Shown here in pieces: positions 53,938 to 63,476 of a stretch of 64,000 nucleotides of DNA (the first letter of the stretch is position 1; each line of letters opens with the position of its first letter). A program made the position numbers and the translations under genes. Origin of the DNA: Spirochaetia bacterium (lineage in GTDB: Bacteria; Spirochaetota; Spirochaetia; SZUA-6; Bin103); NCBI GenBank assembly GCA_965203515.1, contig OZ241907.1, positions 3,168,001-3,232,000 of the forward strand. The letters run 5' to 3'. The notes under the pieces were generated by a model. The model did not search any database. It saw nothing but the letters and a program-made list of their open reading frames with translations, and was not told the DNA's origin.

Positions 53938-55685
53938 TCCTTGACCACCACCGTGACGCGGTTGCCGGCGGGTGCGGTGACGCGCAGGCGGAGGGTGCCG
54001 GCCACGCGGCCGAGCGTGGTGTACATGTTGGAGTGCGGCGGCTGCGTGCGGGCGTTGAACGCGATCAAGTCGTGCAGGTACGGCCCCGGTCGGTCCGGAT
54101 AGTCTCGGTGGGTATAGTTGTACAGGTTGATCGATCCCAACCGGAAGGTCGTGCCGGCGGCGCGGGAGGTGCTCCACGTCCCCGGGTTGTAGCGGTACGG
54201 AACGGGGGCCGCGGTGTTGTCCGACAGCAGGTTGGCCGCCGCCCAGTTGGCCAGCAGTCGCGGGAACGTGACTTCGTGGTCCAGCTCGCCCAGCGCCCCC
54301 TCGACCGCTTCGACCCCCGACCGCCCGCTCTGCACGATCCGGCCGAACAGCTCGGCGCCGCCGTAATTGCGGGCCAGGTAGGCGCCCAGGGCGTAGGTGA
54401 TCGAGTAGTTGGCCAGCGTGCCGTCCCATGCGGTCACCTGAATGTCGTTGTAGCGATTGTACTCCGGGAGGCGGCCAAATCGGTTTTCCGGATCGCCCGC
54501 CGCGGCGTCGTCGGAGGCAACCCCGCGCGGTCCGTCGATTTCGAGCTTGTCGGCGATCAGGTCCTGCGCCACCAGGGAGGCCATCTCGTTGAACCACGTT
54601 TCACTATCGATATCCCGTACGATCTTCTTCTGATAGAAGTGGATCAGGTGCTGAAACTCGTGCGCCAAGGTGCCGATGATCGTATCCTGGTCCTGCGTCA
54701 GAAACGGCGAATCCGCAAACAGCATCAGCCGTTCGTTCGAGCCTCGGAACAGGGGCGGGTTGCCGGCCCGGAGGAAATTGTGCAGTCGCTGGAAGAAGCC
54801 CACTACGCGAACGTCCCCCGGCCGGGGGAGGCCGTCCCCGTCGATGTCGAACAGCAGGACGTGAATCTCGCTGGCGGCTTGCGGAGGAATGATGTTGCGG
54901 TAGCGGTGCTGCCCCCACGGGGCCCCGAAGATGGCGGTGAGCCAGTCGTAGATGTCGTTGTCGGGACCGGGGCGGAGAAACGCGTTGGCGAGCGCGTCCG
55001 CCATCGGCTGGGTCACGCACCCCGCGCCGCACGCCCATTCCCGGTCGGCCACCCACACCACCGCGGTGATCGTTCCGTCGGTGACCACCGCGCGGGCGGT
55101 GGCCGGGATGGAGTTGAAGTTGCCGGCGGAATCGCGGATGTCCCGGAGCGTCTCACGGCTGCCTCGCACGACCGCTCGTTGCGGCTGGACGGCGCCCGGC
55201 AAGCGCGCCGCCGCGCGTTCCAGCCGCGGGCGGACGTCGCCGATCTCCTCGACCCAGGCCGGTTCCGGCGCCGGCTCGCTCGGCGGCCGCGGCTGCTGCC
55301 GGGGCGCGGAGGTCCCCACCCGGCTGGCCGCGCGACCGGTGATGTCCACGATCTCGACCTGCGGGTCCGCTTCCTCGTCGCCGGCGGTGGCGATCACGTA
55401 GACCTCGGCGGAGTCGTTGCCCAGGCGCACCGTGTGGAGCGTCTTGTCCAGCGCCTCTCCGTCCGGGTTGAGGGAGAAGACCTGATCCCCGCTGCCGCGC
55501 CACGTGAACGAGCGGGCGTTCGCGTCACCGGCCGGCTCGCCCGTGCCGCCGGCGCCGGGCGCATTGGCGCAGCCGCTCAGCAGGACGGCCGCCGCCGCGC
55601 CCAGGGCGACCGCAACGGATAGCGGTAGCGACAGCCGGGATCGGCCCTGGAGGCGCATGCGGTCAAACGGCGCTGGTGCGTTCAT
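53934..55685 (-). CDS. Lipoprotein zinc metallopeptidase (M30-like)
   Basis: LSGC lipobox, TLAHEFQHLIHF, WFNEMAS. Confidence 0.8.
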   Translation of the reverse strand: MNAPAPFDRMRLQGRSRLSLPLSVAVALGAAAAVLLSGCANAPGAGGTGEPAGDANARSFTWRGSGDQVFSLNPDGEALDKTLHTVRLGNDSAEVYVIATAGDEEADPQVEIVDITGRAASRVGTSAPRQQPRPPSEPAPEPAWVEEIGDVRPRLERAAARLPGAVQPQRAVVRGSRETLRDIRDSAGNFNSIPATARAVVTDGTITAVVWVADREWACGAGCVTQPMADALANAFLRPGPDNDIYDWLTAIFGAPWGQHRYRNIIPPQAASEIHVLLFDIDGDGLPRPGDVRVVGFFQRLHNFLRAGNPPLFRGSNERLMLFADSPFLTQDQDTIIGTLAHEFQHLIHFYQKKIVRDIDSETWFNEMASLVAQDLIADKLEIDGPRGVASDDAAAGDPENRFGRLPEYNRYNDIQVTAWDGTLANYSITYALGAYLARNYGGAELFGRIVQSGRSGVEAVEGALGELDHEVTFPRLLANWAAANLLSDNTAAPVPYRYNPGTWSTSRAAGTTFRLGSINLYNYTHRDYPDRPGPYLHDLIAFNARTQPPHSNMYTTLGRVAGTLRLRVTAPAGNRVTVVVKE

Positions 55686-55734
55686 GGCGCGGTACCATAA
55701 TCGAACGATCGCGCTCTGACCACGGGCCGCGCCG

Positions 55735-56469
55735 TTACGTCGTGAACGCGCGCTGCGCTTCGGCGTAGGAATCGGGCGTACCGACGTCGTAGCAGACGCC
55801 GGCGGTGACGTAGCCGTACACGGCCATGGCGCGGGTCAGCCGGCTCAGGAAGTGGCCGGGCGCGTCGCGGTCGCCGCCGGCGCGCAGGTAGCGGTCGAGG
55901 AACTCCTGCGCCGCGGGGGGCAGCACGTAGACGGCCAGACTGGCGATATTCGATCGGGGGCGCGCGGGCTTTTCCTCGAAGTCGACGATGCGGCCGGCGG
56001 GGTCGAGGAGCACGCAGCCGTGCCGGCCGGCCAGGCGCCGCCGGTCCGGCAGCCGCACGCACAGGGTGACCGGCGCCGCGCGTTCCTGGGCGAAGCGGAG
56101 CGGCTCGGCCAGCTCGAAGGCCAGCAGCTTGTCGGTGGCCGCTACCAGCACGTCGCCGCCGCGGCCGATCCGGCGCAGGGCGAGCTGCAGGTCGCCCAGG
56201 GCGCCGAGGCGTTCGGCCTCGCCTGCGGTGCCGTCGCCGATCACCCGCGTGGGCAGCGGCGCGCCGGCGGCGAGGTGACGCCGCAACCGGTCGCGATACC
56301 GCTCGTTGGTCACGACCAGCACCGAGTCGACGGCGCCGGAGCGGGCCAGGTTGGCGATCAGGTGGTCGATGAGCGCGCGTCCGCCGACCTCGATCAACGC
56401 CTTGGGCGTGTCCGGGAACAGCGAGCGGATGCGGGTTCCGTAACCGGCGGCCAGCAGGACCGCATTCAA
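55735..56469 (-). CDS. Sugar-1-phosphate nucleotidyltransferase
   Basis: LAAGYGTR...PKAL, VVTN, RLGALGD, FEEKP, YDVGT. Confidence 0.9.
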   Translation of the reverse strand: MNAVLLAAGYGTRIRSLFPDTPKALIEVGGRALIDHLIANLARSGAVDSVLVVTNERYRDRLRRHLAAGAPLPTRVIGDGTAGEAERLGALGDLQLALRRIGRGGDVLVAATDKLLAFELAEPLRFAQERAAPVTLCVRLPDRRRLAGRHGCVLLDPAGRIVDFEEKPARPRSNIASLAVYVLPPAAQEFLDRYLRAGGDRDAPGHFLSRLTRAMAVYGYVTAGVCYDVGTPDSYAEAQRAFTT

Positions 56470-57503
56470 TGCCGGGCGCCCGGCGGGTGGCGGGCGACGC
56501 GCACGGGGACCACGGAGATGCCGGCCTCCGCGTAGGCGCGCGTGAGCCGCTGCAGATGGGCGGCGTCGTCGCAGGTGCCGATGGCGGCGCCGCCGGAGCC
56601 GGCCAGTTTGGCATGCGAGCCGTGGCGGCGCGCGATGTCGATCATGCGCACCTGGTCGGCCGGCAGGTCGTAGACCGAGCGCCGCAGGTCGAAGTCGCGG
56701 TCCATGATGGGGCCGAGGCGGTCGCGGCGACCGGCGCGCAGCGCGGCGACCGCCTCGTCGACCAGCGCCGCCTTGCCGGCCATGGCGTCGAGCACCGCCG
56801 GGTCGTGCTCGACCGCGGCGCGGTAGCGCATGGCGTTGTGGACGGCGCCGGAGGATTTCGACAGCCGCTCGTCGTAGGCGACGAACAGGGGCGGAAGCAG
56901 CTCGGGGGGCAGCGGCCGGTAGTCGCCGTGCCGGCCGCCGTTGCGGGCGAGGGCGGCCGCCGAGAAGTCCATGGCGACCACGCCGCCGTAGACGGCGATC
57001 ACGCGGTCCTGAGGCCCGGCGGTGATGCCCAGCTCCTCGGTCTCGGTCTCCAGGACGATGGCCGGCTGCTCCGGTTTGGGGAGGTCGGCGTCGGTCAGCT
57101 CATAGAAGTCCATGAGCGCCAGGAATACGGCGGTGATGATGGCCGAGGAGCCGCCGAGTCCGACGCCGAACGGGATGTCGGAGCGGTACTCGACGGTGAA
57201 GTTGCGCGGCGGCAGATCGATGCCGCGCGTCCGGCAGTAGCGATGGAGGCGGACGATCAGCGCTTCGATGAGGCGGATGCCGCCGTAGTAGCCGAATCTG
57301 CGCCGGTAGCGGATGAGCGACTCGGCGTCGTCGAAGGTGGTGCGGTCGCGGGCGCTGGGGACCACGGTCAGAAGCGGCGACTCGTAGACGATGGCGTGCG
57401 CGCGGAAGGCGTCGAACAGGAGCGAGATCACCTTCCCGCCGAAGATATCGGAGGGGTTGCCGACCAGCCCCGATCGGGCGTAGGCGGTCCTGCGGATCAG
57501 CAT
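56466..57503 (-). CDS. GHMP kinase, glucuronokinase-like
   Basis: YARSGLVGNPSD, GYYGGIRL, NF...Y.SDIP..VGLGGSSA, ELGI.AG.QDRV..VYGG...MDFS, KLAGSGGA. Confidence 0.8.
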   Translation of the reverse strand: MLIRRTAYARSGLVGNPSDIFGGKVISLLFDAFRAHAIVYESPLLTVVPSARDRTTFDDAESLIRYRRRFGYYGGIRLIEALIVRLHRYCRTRGIDLPPRNFTVEYRSDIPFGVGLGGSSAIITAVFLALMDFYELTDADLPKPEQPAIVLETETEELGITAGPQDRVIAVYGGVVAMDFSAAALARNGGRHGDYRPLPPELLPPLFVAYDERLSKSSGAVHNAMRYRAAVEHDPAVLDAMAGKAALVDEAVAALRAGRRDRLGPIMDRDFDLRRSVYDLPADQVRMIDIARRHGSHAKLAGSGGAAIGTCDDAAHLQRLTRAYAEAGISVVPVRVARHPPGARH

Positions 57504-57640
57504 CGAGGCCACAGGCTGTCCGCCGGCGGGCGGTCGCGTCAACTCGCGGTCTGTTCGGGCGCTATGGGCGAAGCCGTGTGCCGTCGCACGAGCTCGCGCC
57601 GGTTGACGCGGCGAGCCGTCCTCGGAATCCTGTAACCCAC

Positions 57641-58101
57641 ATGGTGCCAACTCGCTTGACGGAACTCGATTCTCACGGATCGGTCCTGTTTCTCGGCTCC
57701 GGCTTTTCCCGGAACGCCCGGAACATTCAAGGCAAGAATTTGCCCACCGGCGGCGAGCTGAAGGATCGCTTCGCCAAGCTGCTCGGAACCGCGCCTGACG
57801 ATACGATCTCCCCACGTTGGCCGACGCCGTCAACGCCGGCCCGGACGTCAGCCTGCGTGATCTACTCTATGAGACCTTTACCGCCAAGCAGCTCGCCGAC
57901 GGCTAGAAGGACGTGCTGGGCCGGCCGTGGATGCGCATCTTATACGACCAATTACGACGACTCCATAGAACCGTTCTATCATCATACCGGTCGTAAGGCC
58001 CCGAGTTCAGCTACAACGACGCCAACCGCGACGGATGCCGAACGGCACGGTGATCCATCTGCACGGGTGATACGAGACATCACCGACGGCAACGTTCTCA
58101 G
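57641..58101 (+). pseudogene. SIR2-like domain protein remnant
   Basis: VLFLGSGFS, LPTG.EL, YTTNYDD and IHLHG are spread over several frames with an internal TAG, and truncated by transposase DNA. Confidence 0.75.
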
Positions 58102-58305
58102 TTGTGGATGAGCGACGTCATGCACGGCCCGGCGGTCGCCGCCGACCGCCGTCAGCGCCGCACGTGCTACCTCATCGCCTTCCTCGACGACGCCACCCGC
58201 CTCTGTCCGTTCGCCGCCTTCGCCCGCGCCGAGAACACCACCGCTTTCCTGCCGGTCTTCAAGCAGGCGCTGATCCGCCGCGGGCTGCCGCAACGGCTGT
58301 ACGTC
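58102..58305 (+). mobile_element. DDE integrase-core transposase fragment
   Basis: LWMSDVMHGP...YLIAFLDDATR...AEN...KQALIRRGLPQRLYV, then an abrupt junction. Confidence 0.8.
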
Positions 58306-58410
58306 GTCGGGTGGCCGGTGATCCAATCCGCCACCGGCATCGACGAGCAGACCTACCGCAGCCTCAAGCGCGACTCCGCCAACGGCACGGAGCCGGACGC
58401 GCCGCGCTGA
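58306..58410 (+). repeat. 3' end of an rpn gene copy (direct repeat of about 59412-59516)
   Basis: Near-identical sequence encoding VGWP(V/M)IQSATGIDEQTYRSLKRDSANGTEPDAPR*. Confidence 0.95.
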
Positions 58411-58547
58411 TTCCCGCCGGCCGGGCGCATCCACGTGAAGCGCCGCTGACGCGGCGTCGTTGTAAGGGGGCAGAGATGGCAGACCGCTGCGCCAGCCCCA
58501 CGATCTCTGTTCCGCGTCAGCACGGCGCCGCCATCGACGGAGGCCCC

Positions 58548-59516
58548 ATGAACGACGCTTCGTACAAGCGCCTGCTCACCCATCGGCGCATCATCGAGGA
58601 CCTGCTGGTCGGGTTCATCGCGCCCCGGCGCCCGGCCGTTTGGGCTGACGCGCTCGACTTCGACTCCCTGCGCGAAGACCCGACGGAGAACGTCGACGAC
58701 GATCTGCGCCGGCGCCTCGGCGACGTCGTCTGGTCCATCGACCTGCGCGCCGCCGACGGCAGCGTGGAGACCATGCACGTGCTGATCGAGCATCAGTCGT
58801 CGGTCGACTACGCGATGGCGCTGCGGTTTCTCAACTACACCAGCCTGCTGTACCAGCGGCGGTACCGCGACCACCGGTGGCGCAAGGGCGACACGGTCGA
58901 ACCGGTGCTGCACGTCGTGCTGTACAACGGCGGCACCCGGTGGGACGCGCCGCAGTCGCTGGAGTTGGCGCCGAGGTGGGAGCACGACGGTCTCGCGCAG
59001 GTCGCGCTGAGCTATGACGTGGTCGATCTGGTGGCGACGGAAGCGGATGATCTGCCGAGGCCGAACCTGATAACGTGGATGGCGGAGGTGGAGCGCAGCC
59101 GGCGCGCCGGTGTGCTGGCGGAGCGTGTGCGGGAGTTGGGGCAGTGGCTGGCTGCGGAGGATGAGCCGGGGCTGACGAGGAGCTTCGACCTGTGGCTGGG
59201 CGCCCTGGGGCGGAAGTGGGGCGTGAAGCTGCCGTCGATTCGCGACTACGAGGAGGCAAGCGCGATGTTGTTGGAGAAGATCGATCGCTGGGAAGCCGAA
59301 ATCCTGGAACGAGGCGTCCAGGAGGGCCGATTGAAGGGCCACCAGGAAGGCCGGCAGGAGGGCGAGCTGAAGGGCCGGTTGGAAACCATCGAAGGGTTCC
59401 TGCGAGCGGGGGTCGGGTGGCCGATGATCCAATCCGCCACCGGCATCGACGAGCAGACCTACCGCAGCCTCAAGCGCGACTCCGCCAACGGCACGGAGCC
59501 GGACGCGCCGCGCTGA
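58548..59516 (+). CDS. Rpn/YhgA-like recombination-promoting nuclease family protein
   Basis: GGAGG RBS, DASYKRLL, LDFDSL, RRLGDVVW, LIEHQSSVD..MALR, VLYNG..RW.AP, and G..EGR repeats near the C-terminus. Confidence 0.88.
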   Translation: MNDASYKRLLTHRRIIEDLLVGFIAPRRPAVWADALDFDSLREDPTENVDDDLRRRLGDVVWSIDLRAADGSVETMHVLIEHQSSVDYAMALRFLNYTSLLYQRRYRDHRWRKGDTVEPVLHVVLYNGGTRWDAPQSLELAPRWEHDGLAQVALSYDVVDLVATEADDLPRPNLITWMAEVERSRRAGVLAERVRELGQWLAAEDEPGLTRSFDLWLGALGRKWGVKLPSIRDYEEASAMLLEKIDRWEAEILERGVQEGRLKGHQEGRQEGELKGRLETIEGFLRAGVGWPMIQSATGIDEQTYRSLKRDSANGTEPDAPR

Positions 59517-59539
59517 TATTGGACTCGGTCCTGTAGTAC

Positions 59540-59860
59540 TGTCGAAGCGGAGACTGCATGAGAGCGCGCCGCGAAGTGGCCCGGAAGATAGGCGCGGGCG
59601 CGCTCTTCGCCATGGGCGAGCAACCTGGAGCGCAGCTCGTCATCGCTCCACACGCGGTATATCTGACCGGCCATGTCGTCCACGTCGTAAGGGTCGAACA
59701 GGAGCGCCGCCTTGCCGACCTGCTTCGGTACGTCGAAGAGCCGCACGGTCACGATCGGCGTACCGAGGACGAGCGCCTCGATCGGCGGCAGGTTCGTCGG
59801 ACCCTCGATCGCCGGCGCCACCAGCGCGACGGCCGAGCGGTACAACGCCATAGCGCCCAC
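59540..59860 (-). pseudogene. Glycosyltransferase family 4 C-terminal fragment
   Basis: ALYRSA.ALV.P..EG.TNLPPIEA..LGTP...GKAALLFDP. N-terminal domain absent; boundaries approximate. Confidence 0.75.
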
Positions 59861-59986
59861 CTGCATTGCCGCCAAGATAGTGTTCGACAAGTGCGCCGTT
59901 GACCACGTGCCGGCGAGAGCCGTCCCGATGGCCCGCCGCGGTGACGATCGCTGAAAGGCAGCCGCTCCCGCCGTTGCGACACCGGT

Positions 59987-60032
59987 TTCTCATCTTGATT
60001 GTCGTTCGGTTCTCATCCTGACCGGCGTTGCA
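59987..60032. mobile_element. Putative transposon end with repeated transposase-binding sites
   Basis: TTCTCATC(T/C)TGA..G.CGTT occurs twice at a 23-bp period and the stretch ends in TGCA. Confidence 0.5.
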
Positions 60033-60194
60033 GCGCGCGCTGCCGCAGCCGCCGACCGCTACCACCCGACGGGCGCACCCGCCGGGCTGTTCTGCTAAAC
60101 ACGGCGCTATGCCGGTTTAGCTAAAGGGCTGCGATGATGTCGAGGCGGCGTCCGACGGTCATGCTGCCTGATCGATCATCAGTTGAGTGACATC

Positions 60195-60870
60195 TCACCG
60201 GCAGCGGCCTGGCTTCCTGGACTTGGCGGGTGATCTCAGACCGGATGGCACGGCAGGCGGTGGCGCGGGAGCGTTCGGCCGGCAGGTCGAGTTCCCAGGC
60301 GATCGACTGGTACCGGTCCATGACGTTGCCCGGTGATCATCGAGACGTAGAGCATCCGGTACAGGCCGAGATGCCGCACCGACCAGGACGGATGCTCGGT
60401 CTTGATCAGCAACTCGGCGGCCTCAGACAGCCGCTGCGGCTAGCTGCGGTCGGCGCGCGGCTCGGGGTACCGGACATCGAAGCCGCCGGCGCGCTAGCGA
60501 TGCAGCCAGTCGCGCATGGTCCGGCGGCCACGCGGGTACGGTCGGTGCCGGGGATGCGGCAGGCGGTCAGCTCGGCCCGGCAGCCGGCGAGGTGCTGCGG
60601 CAGCAAGCCGATCACCACCAGCAGCGCCTGCCGGACCAAGCGCACGCGGCGGCGCAGCCAGCGCATGGCGCCGGGCAGTGCGATGTGAGTCGTGGCGCAC
60701 CTGGTCGGCGGCCTGCATCAGACTCGCCGCCTGCTCGGCGTGCACGACCATCGTTCCAGTTCCCGGAGCGTTCCGGCAGCCGCGCCGCCAAGCAGTCGCC
60801 GACGAAATGGAGGCGGCAGCATGACGATCGGCTTGACGGCCAACGCCATCGCGAGGACTGTTCCTCTGCG
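60195..60870 (-). mobile_element. Degraded remnants of a multi-gene transposon (ExeA-like ATPase fragment plus accessory ORF fragment)
   Basis: STGNVMDRYQSIAWELDLPAERSRA...IRSEITR and LPGAMRWLRRRVRLVRQ lie in broken frames; boundaries approximate. Confidence 0.55.
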
Positions 60871-60972
60871 ACGGGGTTGTGCACATCAGAGGTTACCCGT
60901 CCACCAAACCGGGACAACTCCACGCATCCTTCGCCTTGCGCTCCGACGTGCGGCCGGGCACAATCTTCCGCC

Positions 60973-62046
60973 ATGAAGTTCCTCGTTACGGGCGTGGCCG
61001 GCTTCATCGGCTTTCACGTGGCTCGCCGGCTGGTGGATCAGGGTCACGAGGTAATCGGCATCGACAACCTCAACCCCTACTACGACGTGCAGTTGAAGTT
61101 GGATCGTCTGCGGCAGCTCGGCATAGTCGCGACCGACACGGAAGGCAACGACGGCAGGATGGCGGAGGCGAGAGACCGCCGCTTGAAGTTCATGCGGCTC
61201 GACCTGACCGATCAGGACGGGGTTCTGGCGCTGTTCGCCAGCGAGAAGTTCGACATGGTGTGCCATCTGGCGGCCCAAGCGGGGGTAAGGTACTCGCTCA
61301 GCGATCCATTTGCCTACGTCGCCAACAACGTCCACGGCTTCCTGAGCGTGCTGGAAGCGGCCAGAAAGCACCCGGTGCAACACCTGGTCTACGCTTCCTC
61401 CAGCTCGGTATACGGTCTGGACCGGCACGTTCCCTTCCGTGAGACCGGCGCCGCGGACCATCCCGTCAGCCTGTACGCAGCCACGAAACGATCGAACGAG
61501 CTGATGGCGCACAGCTACTCGCACCTGTTCGGGATTCCTACGACCGGCTTGCGATTCTTTACGGTCTACGGCCCATGGGGAAGGCCCGACATGGCGCTGT
61601 TTCGGTTTACCGACGCGGTATTGCGCGGCGACGCCATAGACCTCCATGACCAGGGAAGGCCGCGCCGCGACTACACGTACATAGACGACGTGGTGGACGG
61701 CATATCGAGCGTGTTGGAGCGGCCGCCGTGCGGCGACCCGGACTGGGACGGCCGTCAGTCGTCCATCTCGCCGGCGCCCGCCCGGGTGTACAATCTCGGC
61801 AATGGCCGGCCCGCATCCGTCACGGAGCTGCTGGCAGCCGTCGAAGCCGAGTTGGGAATGAAGGCACGCATACGGATGGCGCCGATGCAGCCCGGCGACG
61901 TGGCAACTACGTGGGCCGACTGCACGGCGCTGCGGGGCAGGACGGGCTTCCGACCCCGATTGGATATCCGCGAAGGGGTGCGGCGATTCGTGCATTGGCA
62001 CCGGGAGTACCATGACGGCGCAGCGTCGAGCGCGTCGAAGCCGTAG
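60973..62046 (+). CDS. NAD-dependent epimerase, UDP-glucuronate 4-epimerase type
   Basis: TGVAGFIG, DNLNPYYDV.LK..RL, HLAAQAGVRYS, ASSSSVYG, SLYAATK, RFFTVYGPWGRPDM, MQPGDV. Confidence 0.92.
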   Translation: MKFLVTGVAGFIGFHVARRLVDQGHEVIGIDNLNPYYDVQLKLDRLRQLGIVATDTEGNDGRMAEARDRRLKFMRLDLTDQDGVLALFASEKFDMVCHLAAQAGVRYSLSDPFAYVANNVHGFLSVLEAARKHPVQHLVYASSSSVYGLDRHVPFRETGAADHPVSLYAATKRSNELMAHSYSHLFGIPTTGLRFFTVYGPWGRPDMALFRFTDAVLRGDAIDLHDQGRPRRDYTYIDDVVDGISSVLERPPCGDPDWDGRQSSISPAPARVYNLGNGRPASVTELLAAVEAELGMKARIRMAPMQPGDVATTWADCTALRGRTGFRPRLDIREGVRRFVHWHREYHDGAASSASKP

Positions 62047-62053
62047 TCCGCAG

Positions 62054-63454
62054 ATGCCTGCCGAAGCCAACTCGCCCATACGTACCGTCGTAGACGCGAT
62101 ACGGCGGCGCTCGCCGTCATACGAACGATCGGTGGCGTCCAGGATATCCGGGGCTGTGCTCGCTATCGGCGCGATTACCGTGGTCATCAAGCTGGTGTCG
62201 CTGGGCTCTACGATACTGGTGGCATCATTCTTCGGTACGAGCGACGACATGGACGCGTATCTGATAGCGTTCCTGATTCCGCAACTGTGCATCACCGTGA
62301 TCTGCGGGGCGTTCAGTTCCGCGTTGATGCCGACGTACATCCAGGTACGGCAACGGCACGGCGACGGCCAGGCGCAGGCGCTGTTCTCGCGGGTGATGTT
62401 CTTCGCCGTGGCGCTGCTGCTGGTGGTGGCCGCGTGCTTTGCGATCCTGCTGCCGTATGCGCTGCCGCTGCTGGCGTCGAATTTTCATGCGGACAAGCTG
62501 GCGCTGGCAACGCGGCTCTCCTACTTTCTGGTGCCGGGGATCGTCATAAAGGGAGTTTCGGTCATATACGGATCGGTCCTCAACGCCGATGAACGGTTCT
62601 CCCTGGTCGCTGCGGTACCGGCGCTGATACCGGTATCGACGATGGCGTTCCTGCTGCTGTGGCCGGCGCCGTCGACGCGCATCTACGCCATGGCGATCGG
62701 CACGACCGCAGGGATGCTCGGCGAACTCGCGGTGCTGGGCGCGGCGCTGAAGTCGCGCGGCATGGCATTGCTCCCGCGGCGGCGCAGCAGCAGCCCCGCG
62801 AGCCGCCAGGTAGTCGCGCAGTACATGCCGATGGCTGCGGGGTCGCTGATGATGAGCGCCACCACCGTGGTCGATCGGGCGATGGCGGCATCGCTGCCGG
62901 CAGGAAGCGTAGCGTCGCTCGGCTACGGCGAGCGCTTCGTGAGCGTGATTCTGCAGGTGGTGTCGGGGGCGATCGCGACGGCCGTACTGCCGTTCTTCTC
63001 CAAACTCTCGAACGACCGCAACTGGACCGAACTGCGCTCGGTCCTCCGGGTATACAGCAAGTGGATACTGCTGGCGACGACCGTCGTCTCGTTGACGTTG
63101 ATTCTCTTGTCCGAGCCGTTGATCGGTTTCGTCCTGGAACGAGGTGCGTTCAGCGGCGGCGACACCGTACTGGTCGGACGAATCCAGGCGGTCTATGCAT
63201 TGCAGATTCCGTTCTATGTCTGCGGGATGATATTCGTGCGGGTGATTTCGGCCTTGAAGGCCAACCAGATTCTGTTGGTGGGATCGTTTCTGAATCTGAT
63301 CATCAACATCGCCTTGAACTATATCTTCATGAGCATTTGGGGAGTAGTGGGAATAGCGCTATCGACGGCGTGCGTATACCTGTTTTCGTGCGCGTTCGTG
63401 ATGATCATGGGATACCGGATGCTGCGTCGAGATCAAAGGATCGATTCAGCATGA
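62054..63454 (+). CDS. MurJ/MviN-like flippase (MOP superfamily)
   Basis: FFGTS..MDAY.IA..IP, ALMPTY, VDR.MA..L..GSVA.L.Y, VLP.FS, ERGAF...DT. Confidence 0.82.
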   Translation: MPAEANSPIRTVVDAIRRRSPSYERSVASRISGAVLAIGAITVVIKLVSLGSTILVASFFGTSDDMDAYLIAFLIPQLCITVICGAFSSALMPTYIQVRQRHGDGQAQALFSRVMFFAVALLLVVAACFAILLPYALPLLASNFHADKLALATRLSYFLVPGIVIKGVSVIYGSVLNADERFSLVAAVPALIPVSTMAFLLLWPAPSTRIYAMAIGTTAGMLGELAVLGAALKSRGMALLPRRRSSSPASRQVVAQYMPMAAGSLMMSATTVVDRAMAASLPAGSVASLGYGERFVSVILQVVSGAIATAVLPFFSKLSNDRNWTELRSVLRVYSKWILLATTVVSLTLILLSEPLIGFVLERGAFSGGDTVLVGRIQAVYALQIPFYVCGMIFVRVISALKANQILLVGSFLNLIINIALNYIFMSIWGVVGIALSTACVYLFSCAFVMIMGYRMLRRDQRIDSA

Positions 63455-63476
63455 ATCAGGGTAGAAGTCTGTCGCC

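Noticed and set aside
60094..60121. Integron attC site (GCTAAAC...GTTTAGC hairpin)
   Set aside because: It is too short, does not fit RYYYAAC/GTTRRRY, and there is no integron integrase.
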